The notes: generated from the letters alone by a model not told the origin. A stretch of DNA of 64,000 bases from Tubulanus polymorphus (GCF_964204645.1 NC_134036.1:7974812-8038811), one strand, 5' to 3'; positions 50,880 to 64,000 are shown, counted from the first letter of the stretch. A program made the numbers and translations.

Positions 50880-52740
50880 TGGCTGTTTGGATGATGCCGA
50901 AGATCCCCTGAGACAGAAGCGATGGGAAATTCGGAAGAATCCTGGGGTTGTCGCACAGTAGGTTGAGAAGTGGTAGGAACCATTTCTGAGCCGGCCAACA
51001 TGGTGCTACCAGAACTATGTTGCAATTGACTGATCTCTCTATTTGATCCAGTAAGCGCGGCAGGACTGGTGTGGGCGGGAACGCATACGCATGCATCCCT
51101 GACCAGTCCAGAGAGAAGGCATCGACCCCCCACGCTTCCGCGTCTGGAAACGGGGACACAAACAGAGGACACCTCCGATTGAACCGGGTGGCAAACAGAT
51201 CCAGCAGCGGATTGCCAAAAATGCCCCGAACCCGATCGGCTACTTCTTGGTGGAGAACCCATTCTGTCGCAATAGCCTGACCTCGACGAGACAGAGCATC
51301 GGCCATCACGTTCCTTTTCCCTGCTAAATGTGCCACAGTCAGGGACACGCCCTTTGTCTGGCACCAAAGAAGAATTTTGGCCGACAGACCTGTGAGGGTT
51401 TCTGAGTGAGTGCCCCCTTGGTTCTGAAGGTAAACCCTCACTGTTGAATTGTCTGTGGCTAACCAAACGTGGTGGCCCTCCACTCTCCTGTGAAAGACCT
51501 TCAGGGCCTTCCACACGGCCAGCATTTCTAGGAAATTTATGTGGTTGGTGGCCTCGTAGCGAGACCATTTCCCGGCTTTGACTCGGTTCTCCAGATGTGC
51601 CCCCCAACCTTGGTGACTGGCATTCGTGAATACACGAACTGGAGCCTCTAACGGGGCTAGTGACACCCCGAGCCGAAGATTCGTAGTGGCCGCCCACCAC
51701 TGAAGATCCGGACTTAGATCGGTTGGAGGTACGGGAATCAAGGCCTCCCAGTTGCCCTTCGACTGAGACCAGAAGACCTTCAAATATTGTTGCAAGCGCC
51801 TGCTTCTGAGGCGGCCTAAGGGCACCACCAGACCCATGGAGCTGATGGAGCCTAGAAGCCGTGACCAGTAACGAGCTGTTCTCGGGGTTGTGGACACTCC
51901 CGCTACAGGTTCTTGAAGTTTGGCCACTCGAACCATAGACGGAAAGACTTTGCCGATTCGGAGATCGAAGTCCATGCCGAGATAAGTGAACTGTTGGGCC
52001 GGCGTCAACTGAGATTTTTCCCTGTTTACGCGGAACCCTCGCTGATGGACTAAGTCCAAGACTGAGGTCATTGCCTCCCGACATTCCTGAGCCGAATTCG
52101 CGACTATTAACCAGTCGTCGAGGTAAACGAACAGTCGAACACCCCTTGACTGAAGTACCTTCTGAACTGACTTGACCAACTTGGTGAAAACCCACGGGGC
52201 CGTACTGAGGCCAAATGGAAGAGACCTGAATTGGAACTGGCGGCCTTTCCACTTTATCCTGAGAAATCGCCGAGATTTTGGGTGAATTGGAACCTGAAAG
52301 TAAGCATCTTTCAGGTCCAATGAAGCCGCCCATTGACCCGGACGGAGCCCTTGAATCACGTCCTTGGGCTTGGTCATCCGGAACCTTGGAATGTCTAGGT
52401 GCCGATTGAGGGATGACAGATCTATCACTGTCTCCGTTGACCCCCTGTGGCCTTTGGTACCATGAATATTCGAGAAAACCAGCCGGGAGAAGTTTCGTTG
52501 CAAACTGGTTCTATCGCTCCCTTCTCTGCCAGTTCCTTGAGAGCCGGAGAGATTAAGGCCTCCTGACCTGGTTTTGGCCGCATGTCGGGAGGTGACCTCA
52601 TCAGGCGCGGTCGCCTTAGGAAACGGAGACGGTAGCCCCGAGAGACGACCCGGGAGGGCCAACCGTCTCCAAAGAGGTCGGACCAGTGGGTTGCTGCCTG
52701 CTGCAGACAACCTCCCACTGGTCCCAAGAATTCATTTCGA
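50872..52740 (-). pseudogene. DIRS pol (RT-RNase H-MT-like), frameshifted
   Basis: Same motifs as copy 2. The RNase H Asp is mutated (FTNAS). Frameshifts at about 52430 and 50907. Confidence 0.92.
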
Positions 52741-54950
52741 GTTTTTCCGAAAGGAAGAGCCCCTTTTTGGAGCCTTCCCCTTGCCTCGATACGAACCGGA
52801 ACTGTTACGACCGGACGAGGCTTGACACGATTGTTGAAGTTGCGCGCTAGTTCTCCAACCGGCATCCGAAGCCGCCTGAGAAAGCGCTGAAGTTTGAGAT
52901 GGTCCTGTTTGCGTCCGTGCCGAACCTTGCGCCGCCGGCGTCGGACCAGAACGCTTTTTCCACGCAGTTCGGGGGTTGGACTTGGCCTGAACCTCCCGAA
53001 TCTTCCTCAGCTCTGCGGAAACCGGAGCGCACCAACCGGAGAAGAGACGTGAAGACGTCCCCAATGGGGCTCTCAGCAAAGCATTGGACACCATATCCGG
53101 TAGACGAGTTTTGGCACTGGAGTCCATCACTGACTGACGGGAGGCTAACACCAGATTAGCCTGACCCCGAACCGACAACGGAATTACATGCGAAACAGAC
53201 CGAGCCAAAGATTGGATAATCCGGTCCATTCCCTCCAGTTTTAGGGCAACTGACTCTGGGTCGGAGCCCGCATGAACGGCGGCGTGAGTCTCGCGAAGCT
53301 CACCCGTCAACACCTTAAGTGCCATATCTTGAAACGAACCAACCCTGGTAAGATTGTCCAGGATTGACGTCATGGCCACCAAACCGGACTTAGGCAAACG
53401 AATACCCGACTGTGCTGTAACAGTATCCGGGCTGATCAAAGTATAATCAGCATCCAGGCAGTTATGACTGTGATCCACAGCACCTGGAGTTGCGTAATAC
53501 GCCGAGCGAAATGCGCCTATAGGTGGATCGGTTGAACTAAAATATTTCCCAGATTTCATACCCCGTTCTGGAGGGGGAAATGAAAAAGTTCCAGGCCGAC
53601 ATTCACCCCATAATTGCGTATCCAATCGAGCCCATTCTCTTGAAACCGCTGACGATTCCCGTAAAACGTTAAGATCGGAGTCCTGAGGGCGATAAGCTTC
53701 CATTGACTCACCGACCAGAGGAGCTGCTGTGGGCTTAGCGCGAGTTGCCCCGTGCTTGACAAAGAACTCACTTATCATCGCTCTAAATGGCATGTCCCCC
53801 GCTGGTTCGGATAAAACTGAACGGGACGGAGATACATTGCGAGCCAGGGAAGCCCCCATCGTCTGGGGCAACCCACAATTGCTTGCGACAGGAACGACCC
53901 CAGAAGGAATTGCCGCCTCTGGGACCGGATCCTCATTGAAATCAGACCCTACCGCAGCATCCAGGAATTCAGAGTCAGAATTCCGAAAAACTGAGTGGGC
54001 TGGCGAACTTCTAACCGGACAATCAGGAATAGGCTTACCTGTTGTAGAAGTTGCAGCGACTTGTTGCGACGAAGATAACAAGTTTAAAATTTTCTCCTCA
54101 AATACATGGAAATCCTTCTGAGTCAGGTATTTTCCAGTATCCCGACGATCATGCCGACTTCGGTGACGGTCCCTCGAACGGGATCGCGACCTACTAGAAG
54201 AATCGCTTTCATCGCTAACCGACGTCGACGAACGATGAGAAGACCGACGGCGAAACTTCCGACAATAACGATCGTAGTCCCTCTCGCGATCAAACCTTGA
54301 TCTGCGAGAAGGAGATCTTGCTCGTTTATTACGCTCACGGCGTCTAAATCTAGTGGGAGAGCGAGCTCTATCCCCGGAGCGACGATCAGAATCAGACGAT
54401 GAACGTACCGGATGTTTTGAACCGGACGACGTCTGGACCGGACCGGTGGCCGAACCGGACCGGACCGGTACCGACCGAACCGGTGCGGGCCGTTCGCGAC
54501 TACCGCGGCGCGCGCTCGGTTCCGAACATGTAGTCTGAACCGGCCGAACCGGCCGAACCGGTGAACGACCAGAGACCGGTGACCGGAGACCGGTGCCGGT
54601 GAACCAGCGTTCCTCCCCGGTGAACGGAGTTGGGAAGCCGATCGTACCTGAACGACCGGCGACCGCTCCGCTTTACGATAAGAAACAGGATTAGAAACGT
54701 CGGTTGGCACATCGGCCGAAACCGACGAATCCCTGCTAACTCGACGACGATCTCTTAGTTTAAGAGCCTTATCGGCCCGAAGCCAAAGGTCCTCGGACCA
54801 CACGACGCAAATATTGCAAGGATTGCTCCTTGCACATATTTGACCGGATTTGCGCCTGCACGACGCACATGAATCGTGGTTGTCCCAGGCGCCAAACAAA
54901 TGCCCGCATCCCTCCCCGCCACGATGCTGACCCTTAGGAGGGGGTGGCAT
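52732..54950 (-). pseudogene. DIRS gag-like ORF, frameshifted
   Basis: Same deletions as copy 2. Confidence 0.85.
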
Positions 54951-55740
54951 AATTACCTGTTACAAATTAAATCAATTCAATTCAATCAAATTATATTTGT
55001 AAATAAAATTCTTACGGAAAAAAAGAAATCAGGGATAACCCCCAAACCGAACGGACTCACCGTTACGAGAGTGAAAACTCCCTAATATCCTAATTCCCAG
55101 ATTTTTACGGCGAAAAAATCCAACGCGTTCTACTGCGAGAACGCCAAGAAAAAAGATGATTTCGCCGGTGGCTAAATGCAATACCGCAGGGCCGGGTCGT
55201 ATAGAAAAACCATTGGCGATAAATCCAAATTTAGAAAATATTGGCAAAAACCATAGGAAAGGGTACAGTACTCGATGGAAATACACAGCTCTCATCTTCT
55301 TCTACGACGAGCAGCCTGTTGTGTTATCATACCAAGCGTGCACGCGCCAAGCAGCTTTACAGCATCGCCATATAGTAGTCTGTATGAGCGTGTGTGCAAC
55401 AGTCTAGTGTTTAGCACTCCCGTCCCGCGCACATGTGGAGGCCTTGTGTAGTGAACGTTCGCTTCACTTCAATCTCAATCAACACAATCACTGGGTATTA
55501 AAATGAAACAATACCTATGGCGATATGTGAAATAATTTCTCACCGGCAATGAGCATTCAAAATTCGCACACATCTAGTCCAATGAAACGTTCGCCATAAA
55601 TGGCTTCCCCATAACTATTTTAGTAGTGCCGTAATTCTCCGTATATCCCAAAAGCAGCATATCACATTCGCTCTTAGAGACGACGCCCCTCAATCGAGTT
55701 CATTGCAATTTTATACGCAAGAGCTAAGAATTTTCCCGCA

Positions 55741-56500
55741 CAAGACGAAAATGAAAATAAATTAAGATCAAAAGTAAATAATGCTATAGTAACTAATGCT
55801 GCAGATAATTTAATTTAAAAAAACATTTATGGAAGTCACTATAAAATTCCATTAGATTTTGAATTGATTAATAATAATGCACCTTTATATAAATATGCAA
55901 TTCAAGAAGATATAATATTTGAAATAACTTTTGCTCCTGTAAATGAAATAGTATTATCTAGTGTAATTAAAGATATGGGTTATAAATTATCGAATATATG
56001 TTAAGAATATGATAAAGTAAAACTGGAACTATGCAAGTGATGAAATAATAAATGAAAATGTTGACTTTCCTACAAGATCTATTAACTCTTTTAATGCAAT
56101 TAATGAAATAATGAATGAAAATGTTGACTTTCCTAGAAGATCTATTAAAGATATTTTATTATTTATAAGTAAAGTATATGCTAATGGCACAATAGATGTT
56201 GATAATTGTTATAATCCCGAAATATTAAAAGTAGAAATTACAATTGAAGGTACAGCAAATAGAATATTTTGTCAAGGAATAAGAATAATACATCAATGCG
56301 TAGAAATTTAAAAAAAACATTTCATGAATGAAAAAATAAAATCGTCTAAAGATTGTAATATTAATCAAATTGAATATTATAATGGTAATAAATTTGCATT
56401 ATGGGTAGATTTTGGAACAACTGAAGATAACTTGTTACATGGTTCGGGGAAAAAATTACAAAATACAAAAGATGGAATACAATTAAACATGATCACATTT
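55741..56500 (+). pseudogene. Polinton major capsid protein, C-terminal part
   Basis: QDENENKLRS, YKIPLDF, YNPEILKVEITIEG, KFALWVDF, LHGSG. Confidence 0.75.
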
Positions 56501-56551
56501 AGATATTATTCAATATTAATAATATAGAAATAATATTAATGATATATATAA

Positions 56552-57073
56552 ATGGGGAATAAAAAATATCGTAATCCTAAAGAACAACATTTAAGAAATG
56601 TGTATTACAATCCTAAGAGCTCAGTTCCCTATTCTTCTGTAAAAAATATATGGCGCCAAGTAAAACAAGATAAATTAAATAAGATAACCCCACAAAATTT
56701 AGTTAGATATAAAGATATAAGATATAACGTTAGAACTACCAACATACAACATACAACGCATTAAAAAATTCAAACTCGTAAAACTATGGTTAGTTATATA
56801 GATCACATATGGCAGGGAGATTTTATTGATATTAAAAATCTTTAAAAAGATAATAATGATTATTAGTTGATATTGAATATAATTGATTTATTTAGTCGTT
56901 ATGTATGGAGTTTCCCACTATCCAGAAAAGATGCTGTACAAACTTCAAAAGTTTTAAGAAAATTGCTTTCAGGTACAGCGAAACCAGAAAAAATACAGTT
57001 TGATAATGGAAAAGAATTTGATAATTCATTTGTTCATGGACTCTAAGATTATCATAATATTAAATATTTTTCA

Positions 57074-57150
<77 letters not shown>

Positions 57151-57700
57151 TTAAGAACAAGAATGTGGAAATATTTTACAGCAAATAATACTTTTAAATG
57201 GATTGATATTTTTACCAAGATTTATAGAAGGGTATAACAATTATTATCATTCGTCTATTGGGATGAAACCTATTGATGATAGAAAATCCGAAAATGCTGA
57301 AATTGTTTGGAATAATTTATATGGAGCATTTCTTGTAGGTGATTTTGGTGAACCTACATATATAAAGCTGGTCAATATGTTAGAATTTCAAAGTATGAAA
57401 AAAATATTTGATAAAGGGTAAGATCGGAATTTTTTCTAGAGATATATATAGTATAAGAAAAGTAATAACAACAAAACCATATGTCTATAAATTAGTAGAT
57501 TTTGATGGTGAAGAATTTGATTGGTAGTATATGAAGACGAATTAAGTTTAACTACTGAAAAACTAGAACAAGAATATAAAATTAAAAAAATATATATTAA
57601 ATAAAACTGTTAATAGAAAAAAATATTCTTTAGTAAAATGAGTTGATGGCCAGATAAATTTAATGAATTGATATCATTGAGTGAAATTAAAAATATATAA
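56552..57700 (+). pseudogene. Polinton RVE integrase with chromodomain
   Basis: Same motifs as 13382-14509; contains a 76-bp GCG/GCA tract at 57074-57149. Confidence 0.9.
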
Positions 57701-57931
57701 ATGAATAAGGAATTATTTATATTTGAACCTCATAATATGTTAATTTCTGGTGTAACAAAATGTAATAAAAACTTATTTTTATATTGAATTCATTAGAAAC
57801 TGTTTATAAAAACTATTTTGATATAATAGTATTATTTTGTCCAACATATGAATTTAATCAAACTTATAATAGAACATTACTAGAAATAATAAAATTATTG
57901 TATTAGATGCTATAACAGTTAAAGAAAAATT
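57701..57931 (+). pseudogene. Polinton packaging ATPase, N-terminal fragment
   Basis: Same as 14510-14740. Confidence 0.7.
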
Positions 57932-58402
57932 GTGTGACTTTCAAAAACATTGCACCGTAAAGTTGCGTATACTTAGGTAAGAATTGCTATAGCAAATACA
58001 CGTTCACTTATGAGCGAAATAGTATCAAATGGTTAGATTTTATTTTTATCCCACTTAAATCGAAATTTAGAGTAGGTTCCTTCATTATTTGAACTATTTG
58101 TATATCCAAATCAAATTGAAATCGGCGGAAACTAACCGAAGAAAATCATCAACGTAACGTCTACATTCAGTGTGAAGAGGAAGAACTTTGCTTCAACGTG
58201 TTCCAAAAATAAACCAGCTAAAACAGAGGTAATTGTTAACGTGATAAAACTACGCAATAAATCGCGAGACTCGAAAATTATCCCACAATCACAAGTTCGA
58301 AAAAGATTTTAAAACATCAAAACTATAAAGAATTTATTAAAAACTGGAATTTTCGGTTTTATCCTAAAAACCATTCTCAAGAGTGACTAACATTATGATA
58401 TT

Positions 58403-58705
58403 TCACAGTATATATATATCAGGGGTGATTGTATTTCCCATAGCCATGTTAAAAGTCTGTTTAAAAAAATTAGAACCAAATAGAAAATATGAGTTTTTTG
58501 TACAAAGCTCAATTAAATCCAAGAGACAATCACTATCTGCGATTTCTACGGTATGCCTTGTGTTTTTATCAAAATGAAAATAAGAAGTAGGTAACTTTCT
58601 CCTAAGAAAATCCATAGTAGGTTTGAAAGTAACATAAATGAATAAACTTGCAACATCAAAATATATGAATAATTTATCATGCCCAGGAATAACATTTTTA
58701 GACAT
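58403..58705 (-). pseudogene. Penelope-like RT fragment (duplicate)
   Basis: FDVASLF...MAMGNTITP. Confidence 0.7.
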
Positions 58706-61700
58706 TCTAATAAACCTTGATTAAGACTAAGTCATCTTCACCCGTCAAGGGAGTCGAACCCACTACGCTAAAGCCGTTACCCGAACCCCTTGACCTAATA
58801 TGTCGTTTTTGTCGTGATTAGCCGACGTCGGGCCAATCACAACGCTTGTAACAAACGACATTAGACTTCCTCAAGAATTCCCGTTTAGATGGACCAATCA
58901 GCGTGCATTTTACTGAACAAGGAAGTATTTCGCAAGTCGATATATGATGTCATGCGCAAAGCGCCAGTAAAGAAATTGCGCGTCGTGAGGCTAGAGGGCT
59001 GGTGGAAGCGAGTTCGGGGAGCGATACCGGACGCCTGGCACGCGAGGATGGACGTAATTTGGCTTTCAAAAATGAGCCAAAAACCGATGACAGAGTTTTC
59101 GCCAAATTTGAATCGCAATTCGATATGATCGGTCATAGCGGAATATCCTTCTTATAATGTTTGAAAGTCCGCAGTGACATTAGTGAATAAGCTCGCAACA
59201 TTAAAATATATGAATAATTAATTATGCCCAGGAATAACATTTTTAGACAATTTCAGACTAATAAACCCTGATTATTCTCAATATATCCACTATTTACAGA
59301 TTTTGAACTGCAGCCAAAGATGTCCATTCCCAAATAGGATGGTTTCCAAAACAGGTAAGCCTGCTTATCAGAAGGCAAACATATCGAACCTACCAAAATG
59401 ATTTCGATATCTCATTCCCCTTTCTATCTTCTTCATGATGCGGAAAGAGTTTACAACCGACATAAGATGCCAATGAGTTTAATCTTAATCGTCGAATCGC
59501 GTTAAGACTAATCAAAGAAATAGTATTCCGACCTATTGCCTAAATCTTTGAAATATGGCCCAGTTGTTATCAGACTCTGGGTAGTTGATATCAAACTCTT
59601 TTTGTAGACAACTTTCCTTTTCAAAATTTCAAAATTTCAAAATCCGTGTTCCGTCTTCAACGTGTTCCAAATATAAACCAGCTAAAACTGGGGTGATTGT
59701 ATTCGATATGATCGGTCATAGCGGAATATCCTTCTTATAATGTTTGAAAGTCCGCAGTGACATTAGTGAATAGTGACATCAGTGACATTAGTCTGCAGAG
59801 ATAAGGAAATGACGGTAACCATTTTTGAAAATTCGTTATTTTAATTCGCAGTCCGAAAGTCCTTTGAATTTGCTTTGCATAATTTCTGGCAGGTTTGATT
59901 TGAGTTTTTTTTTGTATACGCGTCTTGGTTGGTTGTTGAGATCTTGTATTTTAGAAGGATATGATTCAATATCCATAAACACATTTTGGTTTCAAAATAA
60001 TAAATTTTATCTTACAAAATTAGAATTATAGAATTTCTTCAATTATCAATATATCCACTATTTACAGGTTTTGAAGTGCAGCCAAAAGATGTCCATTCCC
60101 AAATATGATGGTTTCCAAAACAAGTAAACCTGCTTAACTGAAAGCAAACGTATCAAAGGCATTTCAATATTGTATTTCCCTTTCTATCTTCATGATGCGA
60201 AAAGAGCTTACAACCGACAGAGCCTACAACCGACATTAGATGCCAATGAGTTTAATCTTAATTGTCGAATCGCGTTAAGACTATTCAAAGCAATAGTATT
60301 TCGACCTTTTGCCTAAACCTTTGAAATATGGTACTTTTTGTAGCCAACTTTCCTTTTCAAAGTTTGTGATCAAAATCCCGGGCTACGGGTCTGTTTTGAA
60401 AGTATTGAGACCAAGAGCATATCCAGATACGTGCTATACCAGTCATCGCGTGATATTGAAATGGTTGACGCTGGTACTAAACTATTTGAAATCAAAATTC
60501 ATTGCATCGTGTGTCTTTCAAAAACATTGCCACCGTAAGGTCTTGGATGCTTAGGTAACATCTGTTTAATTTTTCAACGATCGATGCTTTTCTCGTTGCA
60601 TGATTTCTTTTTTAATCGGATATCAGTGTTCGGTTCATTCAAGCTCAACACGTTCAAACATTGTACTAAGCATACCCTTCAAAGAACTAAACCAATCCCA
60701 AACCCAACCACAACCAGACAACCCTACCCCACCCAGAGACCTTACCCTATCACATCCTGTCCTACTCTATCCTATTACCATACCCCACCTCATCCTCCTA
60801 CCCGAACCCTACCACCGTCACTTCTGTAATGCCTTAACACCAGCCTTTCTATCTCTAATCGCAGACCTACCGAACTACACTACCCTATCCTACCACATAC
60901 ACCACTCACCCCGTGATCAGTTCTACCAAACTCACCATCCAACCCAACCTCACCAACGCATCCTGCACCATCCAACTCGACCTAACCTTATCATATTGTC
61001 CTATCCTACCCTACGTGTGAGCTCCTCTGTACCCTTCCCTATTCCAAACCACTCCTAATCCACACTACAATCAGAGAGGTAGAAATGTCATGATGTCGCG
61101 GTTAAACGGATGGAAATTATTCTTATTGCTAATGAAGATGAGAGAACGAACATTCATCCAAATGAGGAATAAGTGAAATGACTGTGTACACAATCACGGT
61201 TACATGTACATCAGTCACAACTTTGTTAGACTGAAACAATGAGTGAAACTTCTACACTTACAATCTTACACATATCAGACTGCATTCAAAACACTTTACA
61301 GCTCCTAGTGATGAATGTAACTCTACTTATCTTTTATACTAAGCGATTCATTTTTCCTCCGTTGTTCCTCTGTCGCTCATACTGCTCTTGCTATTCCAAT
61401 GTTGCTGAAAATGTTTGAATAAATTGATTGATTTGAATGGCATTATTGGCAAAAACAGAATAGTACAAGTTTGTGAATCCATGTACCGGCACTGCGCATC
61501 AATGAGCTCTGTAGAATTAACATTTGCTGGAAGAATTCAAGATTTTAAAAGACCAAACAAACTTGTCTTTTTTTCGAAGTCGAACGAAGCGCTTTTTATT
61601 TTGTACTGAAAATGTTTTAAAACGTGCTGTAATGACGAAATAGAAATTAATAATTATATGAAGCACTGTTTGGGATTTCGGGAGCTCCTGGTGGTATCAC

Positions 61701-61890
61701 GTCGTCGTGGAACTTAATCCCTGTACCGAAGAGTTTACCGATATTTTCTCCAGTTACTATCTCGGGAAAATGAAGCTCTGAAAAACCTTGACAGTTCCGT
61801 ATTTTCAGCTTAGGGGTGAAAAACTTATCTTTAAACTTACTTGTTTTTAATTTTTTGATGCCGCTTGGATCCTATGTTGATACCAAATTG

Positions 61891-62241
61891 TGCTGCTGCT
61901 GTTGCTGCTACTATATTGATGGATGCTGCTGCTCCTATGTTGACGGATGCTGCTGCTCCTATGTTGACGGATGCTGCCTCTCCTATGTTGATGGATGCTG
62001 CTGCTCCTATGTTGACGGATGCTGCTGCTCCTATGTTGACGGATGCTGCCTCTCCTATGTTGATGGATGCTGCTGCTCCTATGTTGACGGATGCTGCTGC
62101 TCCTATGTTGACGGATGCTGCCTCTCCTATGTTGATGGATGCTGCCTCTCCTATGTTGATGGATGCTGCTGCTCCTATGTTGACGGATGCTGCCTCTCCT
62201 ATGTTGATGGATGCTGCTGCTACTATGTTGACGGTTGCTGC
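61891..62241 (+). repeat. 24-bp minisatellite, about 14 units
   Basis: 168 bp (7 units) longer than the copy at 18700. Confidence 0.95.
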
Positions 62242-63463
62242 TAGAAAACTCAATTCATTCTTTCACTTTTATTCATCGTTGAAAGATTCTAATTCATTCT
62301 TATATGAAATGAACACATACTCAACCATTCATATTAAATAAAGATCCCATGTTTTGATGTTGACTATTCAATCGATTTTGTTTCCAGTGTGCTATCAATC
62401 TAAAACAGATAAGCAAATTATTCTAAAAAAGAAATCTTCACACTTAGGAGAAACTAACAGCAATGAATATGTTGAATACTCACCGTTATATTCTAAAAGT
62501 AATCAAAAATATGTTTCCGACTTGTCGAGATATCTATCACTAGGGCGTTTTGGGTATCTACAAACGAAAACTAAAGATTGTAAGATTTCCGAACAAAAAG
62601 GTCAACTATCAGAAAAAAATCAATTGAACTTGAGAAATTAAACTAGGCCTGAAATAAAAGATTTGAATACAAAACTAATTCAGTTTTTGAAGAATGGTAC
62701 TATACACCTACAACAAAACTAACTACAAAATCTTTGATATGAAAGATAGTTTACGAATCCACTGATTTAAATACATTTCATGATCGTTAATCTTAATTAT
62801 AATCTAAAACTTACCAGATATGTTGGGATTTTCTGACGACTTGGCTTTGGTGGGTAATCCTCAATACAGGCCCTTCACTGGTGTGCGTGCGCTAGACGTG
62901 GTGGCTGGTTCTCGAATGAAGCTCTAACCAAGCGTTACTACAATACGATTTGGGTGGCGGCTATTGTGTGGAAATTCGATCATATCGTGACCCAAAATTG
63001 ACACAATGAAGTACGTGTACTAGAATATTTGAACTCTATTAACTGTCTGCTTCATTCTTTTATGGTATATGCGGGTTTAATATACCAACTTCAGCGGGTT
63101 TAGAACGCGGCTACAAGACCGAAACAAGAGGCAGGAATAAATCACATCACTCCTGTTTTAACTAACAAATACATGTATTCTAAAATAAAACGATGTAATT
63201 AGTTACTATATGCACCGGCACGAAAATTGATGGCCATCGGATCAATGTCTCTTTAATGGCAAATGTTATCATACAAAAATTTGATGATTTCAAATCATTT
63301 GTTTTGCTAAATATTGTTCCCAGTTTTATTAGGAGGCTACGGCAATTTACTGTAATCTGTATTTTGTATTCTCGACTTTGGTCGTGTCTTGGTTATCACA
63401 AGTATTTTTAGTATTGTCGATTCGTTTTATTAATTGGGGATATTTGACAGGGTGGACTGAGTA

Positions 63464-63820
63464 TGAATAAAATAAAATGTTGAAAAGTAGGAAAATATTT
63501 ACATAAAAACTGAAGTCATCCTCAATCCTCCTTGTCAAACATCCCCCAGTAACATACGACTCGACCATTCTGAAAATACTCGAGAAAACGAAACACGACC
63601 GAAGCCGATATTAAAACAGATAAAAGAAAATTTTAAAAATTCGGAAAATATTCTCATAAAAAACTGAAGTCATCCTCAAACTTGAATATTCGTTGTCCAA
63701 CATCCCCCCAGTAACACACGACTCGACCATTCTAAAAATACTTAAGAAAAACAAAACACGACCGAACCCAAAATTTAAACGGATGATACAAAATGTTGGA
63801 AATTCGGAAAATATTCAAGC
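63464..63820 (+). repeat. 154-bp satellite units (duplicate of 20105-20460)
   Basis: Offset 43359. Confidence 0.9.
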
Positions 63821-64000
63821 AACAAAATGCGACCATCACTAAGTTTCATGTCACTCATTTTGCTCCCAGATCTCCAGGAAATAGTTATTGATTGCTATAT
63901 TCAGTATAGTTAACTTTGATAGATCCATCAATTCGTAAATTATAAACATGGAATACTACGTGTCACACATTAAAAAACTTGGTTTGACAGTTTGTAGTAA

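Larger units (their letters stand above)
49211..55283 (-). mobile_element. DIRS-type retrotransposon copy 3, structurally complete (6.07 kb)
   Basis: Left ITR 55148-55283, right ITR 49236-49371 with a 3' extension to 49211, ICR, gag, pol and YR. Confidence 0.97.
48712..55739 (-). mobile_element. Non-autonomous Helentron derivative (about 0.95 kb: 48712-49210 plus 55284-55739), 5'-truncated and split by DIRS copy 3
   Basis: The minus-strand 3' end CGGTAAACCACACTTTGCCCATGGGCAATTTATT mirrors the Helentron end AGGTAAACCACTTTGCCTCAGGGCAATTTATT. 55650-55739 matches Helentron 29641-29730. Confidence 0.85.
23126..57931 (+). mobile_element. Polinton/Maverick-type endogenous DNA virus, decayed and interrupted by nested insertions; terminal inverted repeats not identified
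   Basis: pPolB, minor and major capsid, RVE integrase and ATPase occur together as compact, intronless, very AT-rich genes. Confidence 0.9.
50010..64000 (+). repeat. Large direct segmental duplication, copy B (matches 6840-20641; runs off the right edge)
   Basis: Identical ORF series at constant offsets; the final bases gtttgtagtaa match 20631-20641. Confidence 0.98.

Noticed and set aside
48709-55763. 10-bp AAAATAAATT direct repeat as a target-site duplication
   Set aside because: The left copy is the Helentron-type 3' end and the right copy is capsid coding sequence (ENKL); a chance match in AT-rich DNA.
57000-57188. Poly-Arg/poly-Gln protein
   Set aside because: Out-of-frame translation of the microsatellite in the integrase pseudogene.

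Overview
Animal (probably invertebrate) repeat-rich nuclear DNA with no recognisable host gene. The backbone is a decayed, very AT-rich Polinton/Maverick-type endogenous virus (about 23.1-57.9 kb: protein-primed PolB, Zn-finger genes, minor capsid, several small membrane proteins, major capsid, RVE integrase with chromodomain, truncated packaging ATPase). Its PolB carries a full-length LAGLIDADG intein inserted in the catalytic YxD/TD motif, and nearly all of its genes start with a T-tract plus TAAATG motif. Nested in it are: (i) a 13.7 kb Helentron encoding a 2A-like peptide, herpes-tegument-type deubiquitinase, Rep, Pif1 helicase and AP endonuclease, plus a 5-exon OB-fold SSB gene; (ii) a related non-autonomous Helentron derivative inside the major capsid gene; (iii) a complete DIRS tyrosine-recombinase retrotransposon inside that derivative. 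The locus is duplicated in direct orientation with a period of about 43.2-43.4 kb (6840-20641 matches 50010-64000). At the left it flips into an inverted copy through a tail-to-tail fusion of two truncated DIRS copies. Penelope-like RT debris, a 154-bp satellite array, a 24-bp minisatellite and microsatellites fill the rest. All family assignments come from motif recognition by eye; no database search was run.
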